Positions 21,140 through 32,626 of a DNA stretch of 64,000 nucleotides are shown piece after piece (the stretch's first letter is position 1; the number at the start of each line of letters is the position of its first letter). A model generated the notes under the pieces. That model made no database searches. It saw only the letters and a program-made list of their open reading frames with translations, and was not told the origin of the DNA. The translations under genes and the position numbers were made by a program. The stretch is taken from NCBI GenBank assembly GCA_051599415.1, contig AP039705.1:124001-188000 (forward strand). Reading direction: 5' to 3'. This DNA is from Savitreella phatthalungensis. Taxonomy: Eukaryota.

Positions 21140-21940
21140 AAGAAATTAAGAGAGGCGCCTTTTCTTCATGCAATCGAACAGAATATTCCACGAACGATCT
21201 ACAATGACATGACCATACCGCAATCAGAATATATCCTATCGTACACGATTTCATTCCTACTGACCGCATTACTCAATGAGAATCAGCCTGATCCTGAGCA
21301 CGATCCACCGTCAGCGCCACAAGACCCACCGTGATCGTGTGCCACAGTAGCAATTTCTCCAGCTGCAGTTGCTGTGTCTGTGACTGCGGACATGTGGTCA
21401 GCAGAACGCCGGGCCTTGGTCGAGTGCAAGTATCTCTTGACCCCCCGTGCCATGACACCCAAAGATCCATGAGATCCTTTCCGACCTTCTTCGTTCGACA
21501 TTCTCCCTGACTGAACCTGGGCTGAAGGTGGTCTAGTGCTTGGCTGCTTGGTTTGGTAAGCCGAGTCAGTGATTGGTACGATAGTTATACAGTAGGTTGG
21601 GCGCACCTTGTGACATTGATATCCCATTTACTGAGTCAACGCGTGTTGATTCGTCAAGAGAGAAATTTGACGTCAGGTTCTCAGGTCGGCTGATTCTAGA
21701 AACACTCCTGCCTGGATTCATCTGTCCTGGCGGGATAAGTAACGTGGGAGGTGAGTCTAGCCTAGTCTGGTGGGATGATCGACCCATGTGAGCACTCGTG
21801 AGCTGACGATATCCTTCTCTCTTCAACCAAACGGGTAAACGAACCGACCGAAGACCACATGGCCCAGCAAGCTATCGACACAGCAATACTCTTCCATCAC
21901 TTATCCTCATCGCTTCGTAAGTAATGTGATGTCATATCTC

Positions 21941-23638
21941 TCATAACGTGCGCCAGATACTCGCTTCTTCGGCCGGCAGCACGCCACGTAAGAATCTGCG
22001 AAACGTCGCTGCAGCTTCGGTATCAGCTGACGGTGAAGGCAGTACCACCGTCCGCCACCGCGAATCCTGCCCACCATCGACTGGATGACACCACCACCTG
22101 TATGACTTGCCACCATCGGCATCTGCGTCTCTGAGGACAGGGGCTGCGTGGGTGTGTTTGGTGGGTAAGATGTTGGAGATTGGGTACTCCCATGAATGGA
22201 TGTTGGCGAGTGCATGCTGGAGGTTGGTGTTTGGTTGGTGGGTGTAGGGTTTGGGTGTCCAGGGGTGCTGTGGGTTAGGGGTACAGAAGAAGATGAAGTT
22301 GTCGACCGGGTCTGGCTCTCCACCCTGGACAAACACCTTGCAGCCACCTTCGCCAAACAGACTCACCAGCGTGGACGCAACAGCTCCTAGCCGCATTCGA
22401 TCACCTTCACTCACCCATCCGCTCACCACATTCAAGGCAAGTACACCGTTCTCACGCAGCAGACCACCTAACCTGCCAAGGTACTCCGCAGTCAGCAGAT
22501 CATACGGAATACTCCCACCTGCAAAGACGTCGTGGTTGATGACGTCGTACCTGGTGGTCGTGGTGTTTGGATGTGGTGCTGCATGGCGAGCGTCTGCTGT
22601 GATGACGTTGATCTTGCTAGGAAGGTCGAAGTAGGTGGTTGCTGCGTGAGTGACTGCGTGATTGAGCTCAATCACTGTGACGTTTGCTTGCTCGAGGCCT
22701 AAACCTGCTGGTTCTGGCGTGACGATGGCTGAAGGGGCGGTGCCAATGCCGAGGCCGATATGGAGGACGTTCGGGTTCGGTGGGAGAGTTGGGAGAAGGA
22801 GGAAGGAGGCGAGCTGGATGTAGAAGGTCATGAAGACACTTGTCCCTCGCGCCTCCACAGGCGTCAGCCACATCCCGCCAAGCAGTGACCCATCGCTCAT
22901 CAGCAGCCTGTAGCGATCCCTGCGTTCCACCACACACACCCTACCCAAACCACCAGACCCAGTACTCCACAGCACATCGAACAAACCTACCTGATCAGCA
23001 CATCGCCCAGACTTGCCGTCGCACGTCAGCGTCGTCTGAAGGAAGAACGACCAGATCGCCGTCCCCACTATCAAGATACAGGCCAGAGGGAGAAGTTGCG
23101 TGCGACGACTTCGAGCAGATCGAGCGATGTGCAAGGCTCCATCGATGGTAGCCAGACCGCGGACTGTAAGCAGTGCCGATATTGGCAGTCGCACGTACGT
23201 CAGAAGATGTGATAGCAGCGGGAGCAGGACGATGTTCGGACGCTGAACTGGTCTGGAACATCGTGCTGCATAGAAAGGCAGGAGGACTGCTAGGACTGCG
23301 ACGGTGTGTGCCAGTGTGTTGGTGTAGACTTCATGCAAAGCGAAGCTTGAGGTGAGCGCTTGAACAACCTCGTCATCGATTGCTAGCCATCCTTGGAGCA
23401 GTGCTATCCCGAATGGCACACTCCCTGCGATCACCACGCCTCGCAACACTCGAGGGATCATCATCCTCCCGAACCCTCTCGAGCACACCGACGCAATCAC
23501 AGCGAGCACACTCGTCGCATACGGTCGATGGAGTGTCGCTCCACTGCCGTAGATCGGCTCGAGCAACTGATGGACCGCCTTGTCGACCGTCAGGAGCTCC
23601 GCCATGAAGACAAGCGACGCGGTCATGCTTGCTTCCAC
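21941..23638 (-). CDS. Membrane-fused spermidine-synthase-like class I SAM-fold transferase
   Basis: Several N-terminal hydrophobic segments; SLLGGMW, VLHIGLGIG, VIELN, ITADA, YDVINHDVFAGG, LRENGVLALN. Confidence 0.8.
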   Translation of the reverse strand: MEASMTASLVFMAELLTVDKAVHQLLEPIYGSGATLHRPYATSVLAVIASVCSRGFGRMMIPRVLRGVVIAGSVPFGIALLQGWLAIDDEVVQALTSSFALHEVYTNTLAHTVAVLAVLLPFYAARCSRPVQRPNIVLLPLLSHLLTYVRLPISALLTVRGLATIDGALHIARSARSRRTQLLPLACILIVGTAIWSFFLQTTLTCDGKSGRCADQVGLFDVLWSTGSGGLGRVCVVERRDRYRLLMSDGSLLGGMWLTPVEARGTSVFMTFYIQLASFLLLPTLPPNPNVLHIGLGIGTAPSAIVTPEPAGLGLEQANVTVIELNHAVTHAATTYFDLPSKINVITADARHAAPHPNTTTTRYDVINHDVFAGGSIPYDLLTAEYLGRLGGLLRENGVLALNVVSGWVSEGDRMRLGAVASTLVSLFGEGGCKVFVQGGEPDPVDNFIFFCTPNPQHPWTPKPYTHQPNTNLQHALANIHSWEYPISNILPTKHTHAAPVLRDADADGGKSYRWWCHPVDGGQDSRWRTVVLPSPSADTEAAATFRRFLRGVLPAEEASIWRTL

Positions 23639-23999
23639 ACTGCTACACCAATCACCCCTAGCACCCGTTCTGCTTATACGTTACACGACATCGAACTCTC
23701 GAGCACTCTCGGCCAGACGCTCAGTCCCATACCCTGACGCCGACCTCCTGATACACTCTGTGTGACGTACCGAGGATCCACATCCCACCTTTTTTCTTGT
23801 ATTTGGCTAAGTAGGGGCGTGCGTGCGTACGTGCATCCAGCTAATCTGCATCAAATTCGAATTGGGCATCATTGTAGCTTGCGCGCTCTGCCGATTCGGT
23901 GATGGTATGGGTGTTGCGGGGGGAACGGAGGACGCCTAGCTGTTCATCGTCGATAGAAAAGGTTGGTTGGTTTTGTTGAAGACTTTGTGATCTCTACCC

Positions 24000-26006
24000 A
24001 TGTCGCTGTTTGGTGACGGTGACGAGAACGGTGGACTGCCTGCGCCTCGAGGCAGCCGGAAGGGCGGTGGTAGCACTGGCGGTGGGGGGTTGTTTGGTGA
24101 GGAGTCCGATCCATGGCTACCGTCTCCGAAGAAGCGAAATACACCGATCGCTTCACTTCTAGACAACGCCGATATCCCCGACATCTACATCGACCTGTAC
24201 GATGCACTCTGCGCAGCAAGTCCAGCCGGCCGCCCCACCGCTGCGTCGTTCGCAGCGTTCCTGCGTCGCGGTGCGGATGGTGTGGATGATGGGACTGTAG
24301 ATCGGGTGATGGCTGTACTGGGTGTTGTTGATGGTGGTGGTGTTGTTTCTCAGGGGCTGGCGAATGCTGGGTTTGTGCTGGTTGCGCTGGCGCAGGCTGG
24401 AGAGGAGGTGTCTGTGGATGGGGTTGATGATGTGAAAGATCGGGGTCTTCCGGTGCCCAAGTTCACGATAGAGAAGGCGCCGGTGTCAGCGGAAGAGGCC
24501 TCGCCGAGCATGCAGATCGTGCCCCAGGTCGAGACACCTGACACGGATCCCTTTGTCAACGGCCACACACCCACACGCCCACAACCACATGATACACCTG
24601 CACCCACATCTTCGCAGCAGCAACAACGACATACCCATCATGACGACGATCCATGGGGCACCGCCCCGAGACAACACACAGCACCGGCTACACCCGCGTC
24701 CGCACAGGCGAGGAGAAGCTCGCCGACGCCGCAGTACGATAGCAGGTTGCACGCTTCGCAGGCTGATGCTGGATTCGGTGTTGGGGAGTCGGCTGGATAC
24801 AGAATGGGAAGTACAGAGGACACGGTGACGATCGCTGCGCTGCCTGACAGACAGGGTCTGCCGCTATGGAAGCACGTGAACTACACGGTGAGATGTGTGA
24901 GTCGCGGGAGCGAGGTCGTTCGACGGTATAGCGATTTTGCATGGCTATTTGAATGCCTAGTGAAGAAGTATCCGTTCAGAGCTGTTCCTCTGCTTCCGCC
25001 CAAACGGCTGCTAGGATCGCCCGGTGGAGGGGCTGGGAGCAGCGCGGATTCGAGCTTCATGGAACGCCGGAGGCGAGGTCTTGTCAGGTTTGCTAACGCC
25101 CTTGACGCCCACCCGGTCCTCAGGGACGATACGCTGGTGACCACCTTCCTAACAGTACAGACTGAGTTGGCGCTGTGGCGGAAATCAGCAGCGATCGATC
25201 TCGCGGAAGAGTTTGAGTCAAAGTATCTCAGCGCTGATCTGGAGCCATCGCTTCCAGGAGGCATCGATGCTTGGGCCGATCGGACACGGTCGGCGCTGAA
25301 GCCTGCGCTCGAGAGCTTCACAGCGCTCGTGAGCACGCAGGAGAGACTGATGAAACGACGCGACAGCCTGGCTGGAGAGCTGGGCAGATTTGCTGAGCTT
25401 TTGGAGGGCTTTGTTGCTGGTGAGAGAGGGTCTGCTGGTGGTGAGGCACTGTTCCCGACGATTGGTCGTGAGGGTGGACCATCGATCTCTCGCGGGCTGT
25501 CGCATGTGGCTGGACATGCTGCGAAGGAGGTTGCACTGCGGAATCTCGAGCGGACGTCCGAACAGGACGGCGTGCTCGAGCTCCTCAAGAGACATCGCGA
25601 TTGTCTGCTAGCGATGCAGGAGCTCTTCGCTCGCCATCACAAATTGGCAGGAGACAACGTCCCGCAACTGGAACGGCGAATCGCTCATGCAAAGTCCCGG
25701 GTCTCTACGCTCGAAGGCAAGATCGCCGCCGGTTCTGCAACGGAGCCGAGCGTGCCGACTACAAAAGAGCAAGCAGAGGTCGAGAAGTTGACCACCCAGG
25801 TGAGCACAGATGAGGTCAGGGTGAAGAAGCTTCTGGATCGTCGGGTGCTGATCAGAGAGTGCGTCTGGCGTGAGCTTCAGGCGTTCGATGCTAGGCAGGT
25901 GGGATTGCCTGCCCTTGTCGGTGCGCAGGCCACGCATCTCGCCCATTTCGCCGGCGTCAGAGCGAGATTGGCTGAGGCACTTGCTGGAGACGTCGAAGGT
26001 CTATGA
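24000..26006 (+). CDS. MVP1: Sorting nexin Mvp1 (PX-BAR)
   Basis: MSLFG start; PX domain WKHVNY..VVRRYSDFAWLFECLVKKYPFRAVPLLPPKR..FMERRRRGLVRF; helical BAR region with GDNVPQLERRI. Confidence 0.93.
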   Translation: MSLFGDGDENGGLPAPRGSRKGGGSTGGGGLFGEESDPWLPSPKKRNTPIASLLDNADIPDIYIDLYDALCAASPAGRPTAASFAAFLRRGADGVDDGTVDRVMAVLGVVDGGGVVSQGLANAGFVLVALAQAGEEVSVDGVDDVKDRGLPVPKFTIEKAPVSAEEASPSMQIVPQVETPDTDPFVNGHTPTRPQPHDTPAPTSSQQQQRHTHHDDDPWGTAPRQHTAPATPASAQARRSSPTPQYDSRLHASQADAGFGVGESAGYRMGSTEDTVTIAALPDRQGLPLWKHVNYTVRCVSRGSEVVRRYSDFAWLFECLVKKYPFRAVPLLPPKRLLGSPGGGAGSSADSSFMERRRRGLVRFANALDAHPVLRDDTLVTTFLTVQTELALWRKSAAIDLAEEFESKYLSADLEPSLPGGIDAWADRTRSALKPALESFTALVSTQERLMKRRDSLAGELGRFAELLEGFVAGERGSAGGEALFPTIGREGGPSISRGLSHVAGHAAKEVALRNLERTSEQDGVLELLKRHRDCLLAMQELFARHHKLAGDNVPQLERRIAHAKSRVSTLEGKIAAGSATEPSVPTTKEQAEVEKLTTQVSTDEVRVKKLLDRRVLIRECVWRELQAFDARQVGLPALVGAQATHLAHFAGVRARLAEALAGDVEGL

Positions 26007-26060
26007 TTGGGTCACGGTAGATAGTTACATGCACCGTAGCCTATGCATCGTATGACGACC

Positions 26061-27566
26061 TTAGAACAGTCCACCATTGCTAGCGGCAGCAGCAGCTGCT
26101 GCACCTGCGCTCTTTGCGCCTCCAGAGCTCACAGGCGTCGTTCCTCCTCCACCAGGGACCGAGGGTGCAACCTGCAGGGATTGTGGCGTGATCGCTGGCG
26201 TGTTCATGTCGGAAAGTTCTCTGGCGATGGCGGCTACTGCGGACTGTGGTGGATCGGTGGAGAATCCCGCGGGCGGGAAGGCCAGACTTGCTCTGCGGAT
26301 CACTGCCGGTGGCGGAGGCAGTTGCTGCTGCTGGAGATGGTGGAGATCGGAGGCGGGTTGCTTGCGTAGCATGAAGACCGGGTTCTTGTTCTGCCGCTGG
26401 AGCTCCTGGAATACTGCGAGTGGCTTCTCGTCCAGTGCGAGACAGCGCTCTGTATCACCGTAGCAGATGAACAGCGCGTATTCTCGCCAGTCGCTGTTGA
26501 TCCGGTATTTTTTGAGTGCCGCCGGTAGTACCCGGGAACACGGATCGTCCAGGCCTACCCTGAACGACTTGAACGCGTCCATCGACTGCGCAGATCGCTG
26601 CGCGGAAGCAGAAACCGCCGATGCCGAGGAGACTGAGGATGAAGAGCTTGATATCGGCGTTGGCACGTGCATGGTTGGTGAAAGCATCGTATTGGAGATG
26701 CCAGTGGGAGTGATGGTGCTCGTGGACGATGCAGGCGTCGGCAGCGGCGTATTATGATCTGAAATTGTCGTAGCTGCGCTCGTTGCCGGCGAGCTTGATC
26801 TTGGCATGTTGAATGGTGACTGTGAAGGAGGTGGAGGTCTGGGCGGTGGTACCATACTCCTTGAGACCAGCCCGTCTGCACTTGGTAACAGAGACGATGG
26901 CGGCTGAGGAGAGCGTGGAGACTCTGGTTCGAGATAATTGCTATGTGCATGAGGGATCGAGGTCGACGTTGGGGACCCTTGCCGCGGTGCGCTCCCTGCA
27001 GCGCCGAGAAACAGCTTCTTTGTCGAGTACTTACGCGACAAAGAGGACTTTTGAGATGAGCCACTGGTGTTGTTGCTGCTCAGGCCGGCAATCTCGGGCG
27101 TTGGCAGCGGTTGTAGCTCTTTTACGACTTTGAAGACTGGGCTGAGCTGCTCGCGGAGCTTGGCGAGCGCGTCGTGTAGTTTATTGAGCTCACCTTCTAA
27201 GCCACGTATCCGTTCGTCACGTTGTTGTATGGCGGAGGTGACAAGCATGATATCCTTGGAGAGTTCTGCGTTCGTGCTCACGCCGGCGTTGCCCTCGCCA
27301 TCGACTGAGGCTGGTATCCAGTCCTCGGGCTCGATCGGGATGCCTTCGCTTGCCTTGATGTCGTACACGGCCCGCAACAATGTGAGACGGTGACCGACGC
27401 TCTCAACGCCGATGTCCTTCAGAGACTCGTGCTCCAGGCGGACGAGGATATCGCCAGTGATGTCATTTTCTGCGAAGGCGTCATCGTACTGGTCGAGGTC
27501 TATTGAGGAGAGAAACTCGGAGACCTCGTCAACAGTCCATGACTCTATAGGAGAGTCTGGCGGCAT
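26061..27566 (-). CDS. STE50: Ste50 (S. pombe Ste4-like) SAM-coiled coil-RA MAPK adaptor
   Basis: SAM: WTVDEV..ENDITGD..LKDIGVESVGHRLTLLRAVY. RA: FKSFRVGLDDPCSRVLPAALKKYRI..YGDTERCL..EKPL..PVFMLRK. Confidence 0.93.
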   Translation of the reverse strand: MPPDSPIESWTVDEVSEFLSSIDLDQYDDAFAENDITGDILVRLEHESLKDIGVESVGHRLTLLRAVYDIKASEGIPIEPEDWIPASVDGEGNAGVSTNAELSKDIMLVTSAIQQRDERIRGLEGELNKLHDALAKLREQLSPVFKVVKELQPLPTPEIAGLSSNNTSGSSQKSSLSRKYSTKKLFLGAAGSAPRQGSPTSTSIPHAHSNYLEPESPRSPQPPSSLLPSADGLVSRSMVPPPRPPPPSQSPFNMPRSSSPATSAATTISDHNTPLPTPASSTSTITPTGISNTMLSPTMHVPTPISSSSSSVSSASAVSASAQRSAQSMDAFKSFRVGLDDPCSRVLPAALKKYRINSDWREYALFICYGDTERCLALDEKPLAVFQELQRQNKNPVFMLRKQPASDLHHLQQQQLPPPPAVIRRASLAFPPAGFSTDPPQSAVAAIARELSDMNTPAITPQSLQVAPSVPGGGGTTPVSSGGAKSAGAAAAAAASNGGLF

Positions 27567-28663
27567 GGTGGGGAGTATGAGTGAAAGTCAACGGTTCGTC
27601 TCAGAGCTGCCTTGCGATCATGGACTAGAGGGGCTGTGCAAGCGAGCGAGAGGCTGTGTAGTGCGATGCGCTGCTGTCAACGGATCAGCCGGTGTAAGAG
27701 GAATTGGGAATGTCGGTATGTGAGGGGTTTGACGCACTTGGGAGAGAAGAGTCTTCTCAAGGAGTCAGAGTACACCGATTGCGGCAGATGAATGGTCTCG
27801 TCCTGGCGTTTGTCGCTTGCAAACCCACACAGTGTCCCAGTAGACAGCCGGGCTGAGTAAGGACTTGGAAGAGGGGGAGAGTGTGAGAAGGGAGAGAGAG
27901 ACAAGTCACGGACGGGGGAAGCGCGCGAGGGCGAGTGTGAGAGAGTGTGTGTGTGTATGTGTGTGGAGTGGTACTCCTCCTAGTCAAAGCGTGTTGCCGA
28001 GGAGAGATGAGCTAGACAGGCGTGGCAGTCGAGGTCTGATAGGTTCACGTTGTCACGCGGCTGTCGCAGATTGTCGGATGAAGATGCCGTCGAGCGATGT
28101 CAAGCAGATGTAGAGAGGGTGCGCAAGCGTGGACCGAGCGCGCGCGTCAGATTAGCGTAAGGATCACCGACGCTTGTTACAAACCCAGATTGTGCGCGTG
28201 ACAGAGGCGCGTGCGTACCCGTCTTCCGGATCCGGGGAGGTGTGTCTGGAGGCGATAGAGTGAGCAGAATGACTCTCACTCGAGAGATTATTGATATTCT
28301 GAGAGCGAAGATGACTTGCGACCTGATCTATAGTCTGAGGAGAGTAGTATAGACCGAGGATCACCCTTGAGAAGAAGGGAAGAGGAGGAAGAAGAGGATG
28401 AAGGATGATAGTTGTCTGTGCGAGTGTAGTTGTTCTATTGTGATTATGCACGTGATTGTGATTTAAAGAGGATGACTCGAATCAGACGCGTGATTGAATT
28501 TGATTTGAATGATTGAATGCACAAAACAAAAGTACGTCAACGTCAACGGCTACTCCAGAACGCGCCTTAATAGACATCCTTCATTCCTCAACTTACTCTT
28601 CTTCTATCTGTCTTGAGTCTTCAGTTTACTGTCTGTGTGTTCTACCTGGAGGAAGGACATGGC

Positions 28664-31168
28664 ATGGGAGGCAGGCGTAGTAAGGCCTCTGGTCATCAGG
28701 GTGCAGGTATTAATGAAGGCAGTTCAGCCAAGCTATTAGCATGGGCTGGAGTCAGACGACCACTTCCACCAGCTCATGACACTGCCCAGACAGCTTCCGA
28801 AGGTCAAGCGCTACGCCGGATTGGGAACTCAGGGCCACATGGAGCCGCACTGGTCTTCAAGATTGATAAGGACAAGCTACAGGCGTGTCAACGAACCCGG
28901 TCGTGCTCTACAGGTGATCATGGTGGAGATGGACCTGTCAGAGAGCTCTCTCGTGGGTCTGACGACGCAACGCTGTCTGACTGCAGCGTCGGCGAAGCTG
29001 TGTGTACTACCGCTGTGCCACCGAAGCAGCTGCATCCATTCTTTGCGCCAAAGAACAAAGTGCAACCTGCCGGACCACAACCCCCGAAGAACAAGGCACC
29101 TGTGGATCCTGCTTCCGTCCATGCCTTCTTCAAACCTCGAGCTAAAGCTGATACTCAGCATCAGCAACCAGGAATCGACTCGCACGAGCCTCGAACAATC
29201 ACGTTGGGAAAAGGTCCGCTGACGCCATGGCCATCGAGACACGAGATGCACGTGTACGATGGAGATTCTCCCGCACGAAGCGATCGCGCTGCGAAACGCA
29301 GGCGTGTGGAAGTGTTGCCTGCTGACGCACGATCGTCTGCGACTGTTGGATGCGTGCTGGAACGCAGTGGCGGTCCGGGTCCGGAGGATGCAAAGGCAAA
29401 AGCGCATTCGCACGTGCACGTGCAAACGCTCGAAGAGGCTCAGATGTATATGTACTACCCCGGTCACCCTGCCATCCGCCGGCTGCTGGACGCCAGCGGG
29501 TCTGCAGGAGGTCTTGAGGACCTTTGGACCACAGCGTATGAGCCGTCGGATGTCACAGGCCTGCTCGACTCAACCGGTAGACCGCGGATCTTCCGCGACT
29601 GGCTAGCTTCCCGAAAGCTGCGGCGTGACGCTGCAAGATTCGACGCCAGCTTGATACGTAGTCTGGCAGCAAGAGCTGCTGCTGGAGACGAGCTTGATGA
29701 CTTCATTGTCGATGACGATGAGGAGGACATACCGGCAAGTTCACAAGCCGATAATGACGACTCGGAATCGTGTGTGGCTGCGCCTGCAGGGTGGGAGAAT
29801 CTGTGGCAGTCGAATCTGGCGGTTCTGTGTGGAGGGCACGGGGTTGGGAAGTCTGCGTGTGTGCGGGTGACTGCACGGGAGCTCGGATACGATGTGTTTG
29901 AGGTGAACGGGAGTTCGCGCCGTGCTGGGAAGGATATTGTTGAGGCTGTGGGGGAGGCGATCGACTCGAGGATGGTGAATCGGCAGGGGAGCTCGAAAAG
30001 GTCGCTGATCTTGTTTGAGGAGTGCGACCTTGTGTACCGCGACGATAAGGACTTCTGGCCGACCGTGCTCACCCTCGCAGCAAGGTCACGCAGACCTGTC
30101 GTACTCACGTGCAACAACGACGACGTCCTACCACAAGTCGTCGCTGCCCACGGCGTCGTCATCGACATGCACCCACCACCACAGGAATTACTCGAGGACT
30201 ACGTCCGCGCAATCCTCGCACGTCAGAACCGTCCAGTCTCCACCGACCTCGTCAGGAAGCTCTGTCGGAAGCGCGACATCCGTTCGGCCCTCACCCAAGC
30301 CCAGCTCGGTGACGTCGATGGCGTCGGCGTTGGTCAAGATGAAGCAGGGGAACCGTCACTCACGCTAGCTGAACGTGCACGCGACGGTTTTTACAGCTCT
30401 CTTGCTGATGTGTGGCAGGCCTGTCAGCGGTCGCTCTTTCTTGACACGGAGCCGGCGTTTGAGCGAGAGGATGACGAGGGTGCGGTCGCACGGATACCTC
30501 AACGTGACGATCTCCAGGGACACCCAATCATATCCGAGCCTGCGGGACGATTCACGCCTCTCGCACCAGGCGATATGGATCTATGTCGAGCGCTCTGGGA
30601 AGCTCGTCCACGATCATCGACTGTGTGGCCCGGCCTACGGGTGCCTGACTGGCCTACGGACGATGGTATGGTGCGAGCGGTAGGTGGACGGTTGGTTGGG
30701 GCTGTGGAGATTGTTGGGTTGCCTGCTGATTGGGCTCACGAGAGCTTTGTGTGTCGGTCGGTTGTGAAGACGCTTTCTGTGGGAGACCTTGCATCGCAGG
30801 TAGTCCCTCGACTGCGCACGATCGCTCGGCTGGACGCCATCTATGCCGAGCGCAAGCACGCATTCATGCAGGGATACACTGGCAGGTTGACGCGGAACAC
30901 TCTCTCTGCTGCTGATCTCGCCTCCATGTCACGTCCTCCCTATTTTGACGATCCACTTCTCATCAGGGCCATCATCGACACAGCTCCCGCTCGTTGGGCA
31001 AAGTACGACGCCATGGCCTTCGTCCACGAGCACACGCCAGCACCTCAGCCACTCATGAGCATACCCATGCACAGAGACAGATCACTCGGTGGTTACTCTG
31101 TCGCCACCGTCAGCGATGAAACTAGCAGTCATCCAATCGCTAGCCAAGGAAGTCTGCCACAGGTCTAG
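28664..31168 (+). CDS. ELG1: Elg1/ATAD5-like RFC large subunit (AAA+), PCNA unloader; start set at first in-frame ATG
   Basis: LWTTAYEP, Walker A GGHGVGKS, A.ELGYDVFEVN.SSRR.GK, Walker B-like SLILFEECD, SRRPVVLTCN, RDIR; HPFF/HAFF motifs in the N-terminal part. Confidence 0.85.
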   Translation: MGGRRSKASGHQGAGINEGSSAKLLAWAGVRRPLPPAHDTAQTASEGQALRRIGNSGPHGAALVFKIDKDKLQACQRTRSCSTGDHGGDGPVRELSRGSDDATLSDCSVGEAVCTTAVPPKQLHPFFAPKNKVQPAGPQPPKNKAPVDPASVHAFFKPRAKADTQHQQPGIDSHEPRTITLGKGPLTPWPSRHEMHVYDGDSPARSDRAAKRRRVEVLPADARSSATVGCVLERSGGPGPEDAKAKAHSHVHVQTLEEAQMYMYYPGHPAIRRLLDASGSAGGLEDLWTTAYEPSDVTGLLDSTGRPRIFRDWLASRKLRRDAARFDASLIRSLAARAAAGDELDDFIVDDDEEDIPASSQADNDDSESCVAAPAGWENLWQSNLAVLCGGHGVGKSACVRVTARELGYDVFEVNGSSRRAGKDIVEAVGEAIDSRMVNRQGSSKRSLILFEECDLVYRDDKDFWPTVLTLAARSRRPVVLTCNNDDVLPQVVAAHGVVIDMHPPPQELLEDYVRAILARQNRPVSTDLVRKLCRKRDIRSALTQAQLGDVDGVGVGQDEAGEPSLTLAERARDGFYSSLADVWQACQRSLFLDTEPAFEREDDEGAVARIPQRDDLQGHPIISEPAGRFTPLAPGDMDLCRALWEARPRSSTVWPGLRVPDWPTDDGMVRAVGGRLVGAVEIVGLPADWAHESFVCRSVVKTLSVGDLASQVVPRLRTIARLDAIYAERKHAFMQGYTGRLTRNTLSAADLASMSRPPYFDDPLLIRAIIDTAPARWAKYDAMAFVHEHTPAPQPLMSIPMHRDRSLGGYSVATVSDETSSHPIASQGSLPQV

Positions 31169-31511
31169 TCTACTTCGTAGCTGCGCTTCGATGTGTTTGT
31201 AAGTCTATGAATATCAAAGTCATCTGGTGAGCAGGTAGGCATGTGAAGATAAGTATAGGGTGTCTTCAAGGTGGATATATCTGTATGGGTAGATTGATTT
31301 GTGGGGGATCATTCCTCGTGCACGAGGTTTCTGTTTCTTTTCTTTTGATTTTTGTGATAGGTCTGGTCTGCATTGATTTCAAATTCCGTCATTGCTCCGC
31401 TCCGTTCAGCATACTCCCCACCTGCATCACTTGTGCGACACTCACTCAGTCCCTCAATAAGAACAATCACACACACCCATCAACCTACCTACGATCGACC
31501 AACTTCCAACG

Positions 31512-32549
31512 ATGCGGACTGTGACGATCGATTCATCCGGTGGCGGCAAGCCTGGCACGACATGGTTTCCGTTAGTGTTCAACGATGTTGCGGATCCTGG
31601 TGCTGGAGGGGACGGTGATATGGTTCGAGTGAAGATGATTGCGGGTGCGCTGAATCACCGGGATGTGTTCCAGCGTCAGAACGCATACCCGTCGCTGAGT
31701 GTGAGTTCTCCTGTGGGTGCTGACGGGGTGGGTGTGCTTGGTGGCGGGGAGCGTGTGCTGCTGACGCCTGGTCGCGGGTGGGAGAGTGATAGGTGGGGGC
31801 CTGAAGGGAAGTATGGGATTTTGGGTGGGCAGGTCGGGATGCCTGGAACGTTCGCAGACTACCAGCTCATCCACAAGCACGAGCTCGTTCCCTGTCCCAC
31901 ACACCTCTCAGACGTCGAGGCAGCAGCACTCCCGCTAGCCGGACTCACCGCCTTCAGGGCACTCTTCACAAAGGGTCGTGCGGAGAAGGGTCACAGGGTG
32001 CTGATAACGGGGATCGGAGGTGGTGTCGCGTTGTTTGCGCTCCAGTTTGCTGTCGCTGCAGGGTGTGAGGTCTGGGTGACGAGTGGTAGCGAGGAGAAGA
32101 TCTCGCGTGCTGTGGAGCTGGGTGCAAAGGGCGGAGTGTCGTATAAGACTGCTAAGTGGGGTAAGGTGTTGGCTGGCAAGCTTGGGAAGGACAGGTTTGA
32201 TCTTGTGATTGATTCTGCTGGTGGCAACATCGTCGCGGATGTGTTGCCGTGCATCAAGCAGGGGAGACCGATCGTCGCGTACGGGATGACGGTCGCTCCC
32301 AAGATTGCTTTCTCGATGGCAGCCGTGCTCGCGAACGTCGAGTACAGGGGATCGACTATGGGCTCGCGCAGGGAGTTCTTCGACATGGTCGCATTTGTCG
32401 AGAGACACAGGATCAAACCTGTCGTCCACAAGGTGTACCGCGGACTCGAAGCTGCAGAGGAGGCCTTTGTCGAGATGAGGGATGGCAAGCAGTTTGGCAA
32501 GATCGTCGTCCTCATCGACCCTTCTAGCAGCGCGCCCGCCAAGCTATAA
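31512..32549 (+). CDS. MDR-superfamily NAD(P)-dependent oxidoreductase (quinone reductase/ADH-like)
   Basis: ALNHRD, GADGVG, AAALPLAGLTAFRAL, VLITGIGGGVA, GSTMGS, QFGKIV. Confidence 0.92.
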   Translation: MRTVTIDSSGGGKPGTTWFPLVFNDVADPGAGGDGDMVRVKMIAGALNHRDVFQRQNAYPSLSVSSPVGADGVGVLGGGERVLLTPGRGWESDRWGPEGKYGILGGQVGMPGTFADYQLIHKHELVPCPTHLSDVEAAALPLAGLTAFRALFTKGRAEKGHRVLITGIGGGVALFALQFAVAAGCEVWVTSGSEEKISRAVELGAKGGVSYKTAKWGKVLAGKLGKDRFDLVIDSAGGNIVADVLPCIKQGRPIVAYGMTVAPKIAFSMAAVLANVEYRGSTMGSRREFFDMVAFVERHRIKPVVHKVYRGLEAAEEAFVEMRDGKQFGKIVVLIDPSSSAPAKL

Positions 32550-32626
32550 TCGCTTGAGATATATCCCCACAATATCGATCCCCATCCATGTGATGTCTAC
32601 ACTACACTACAGTAAGCTACGCTATG

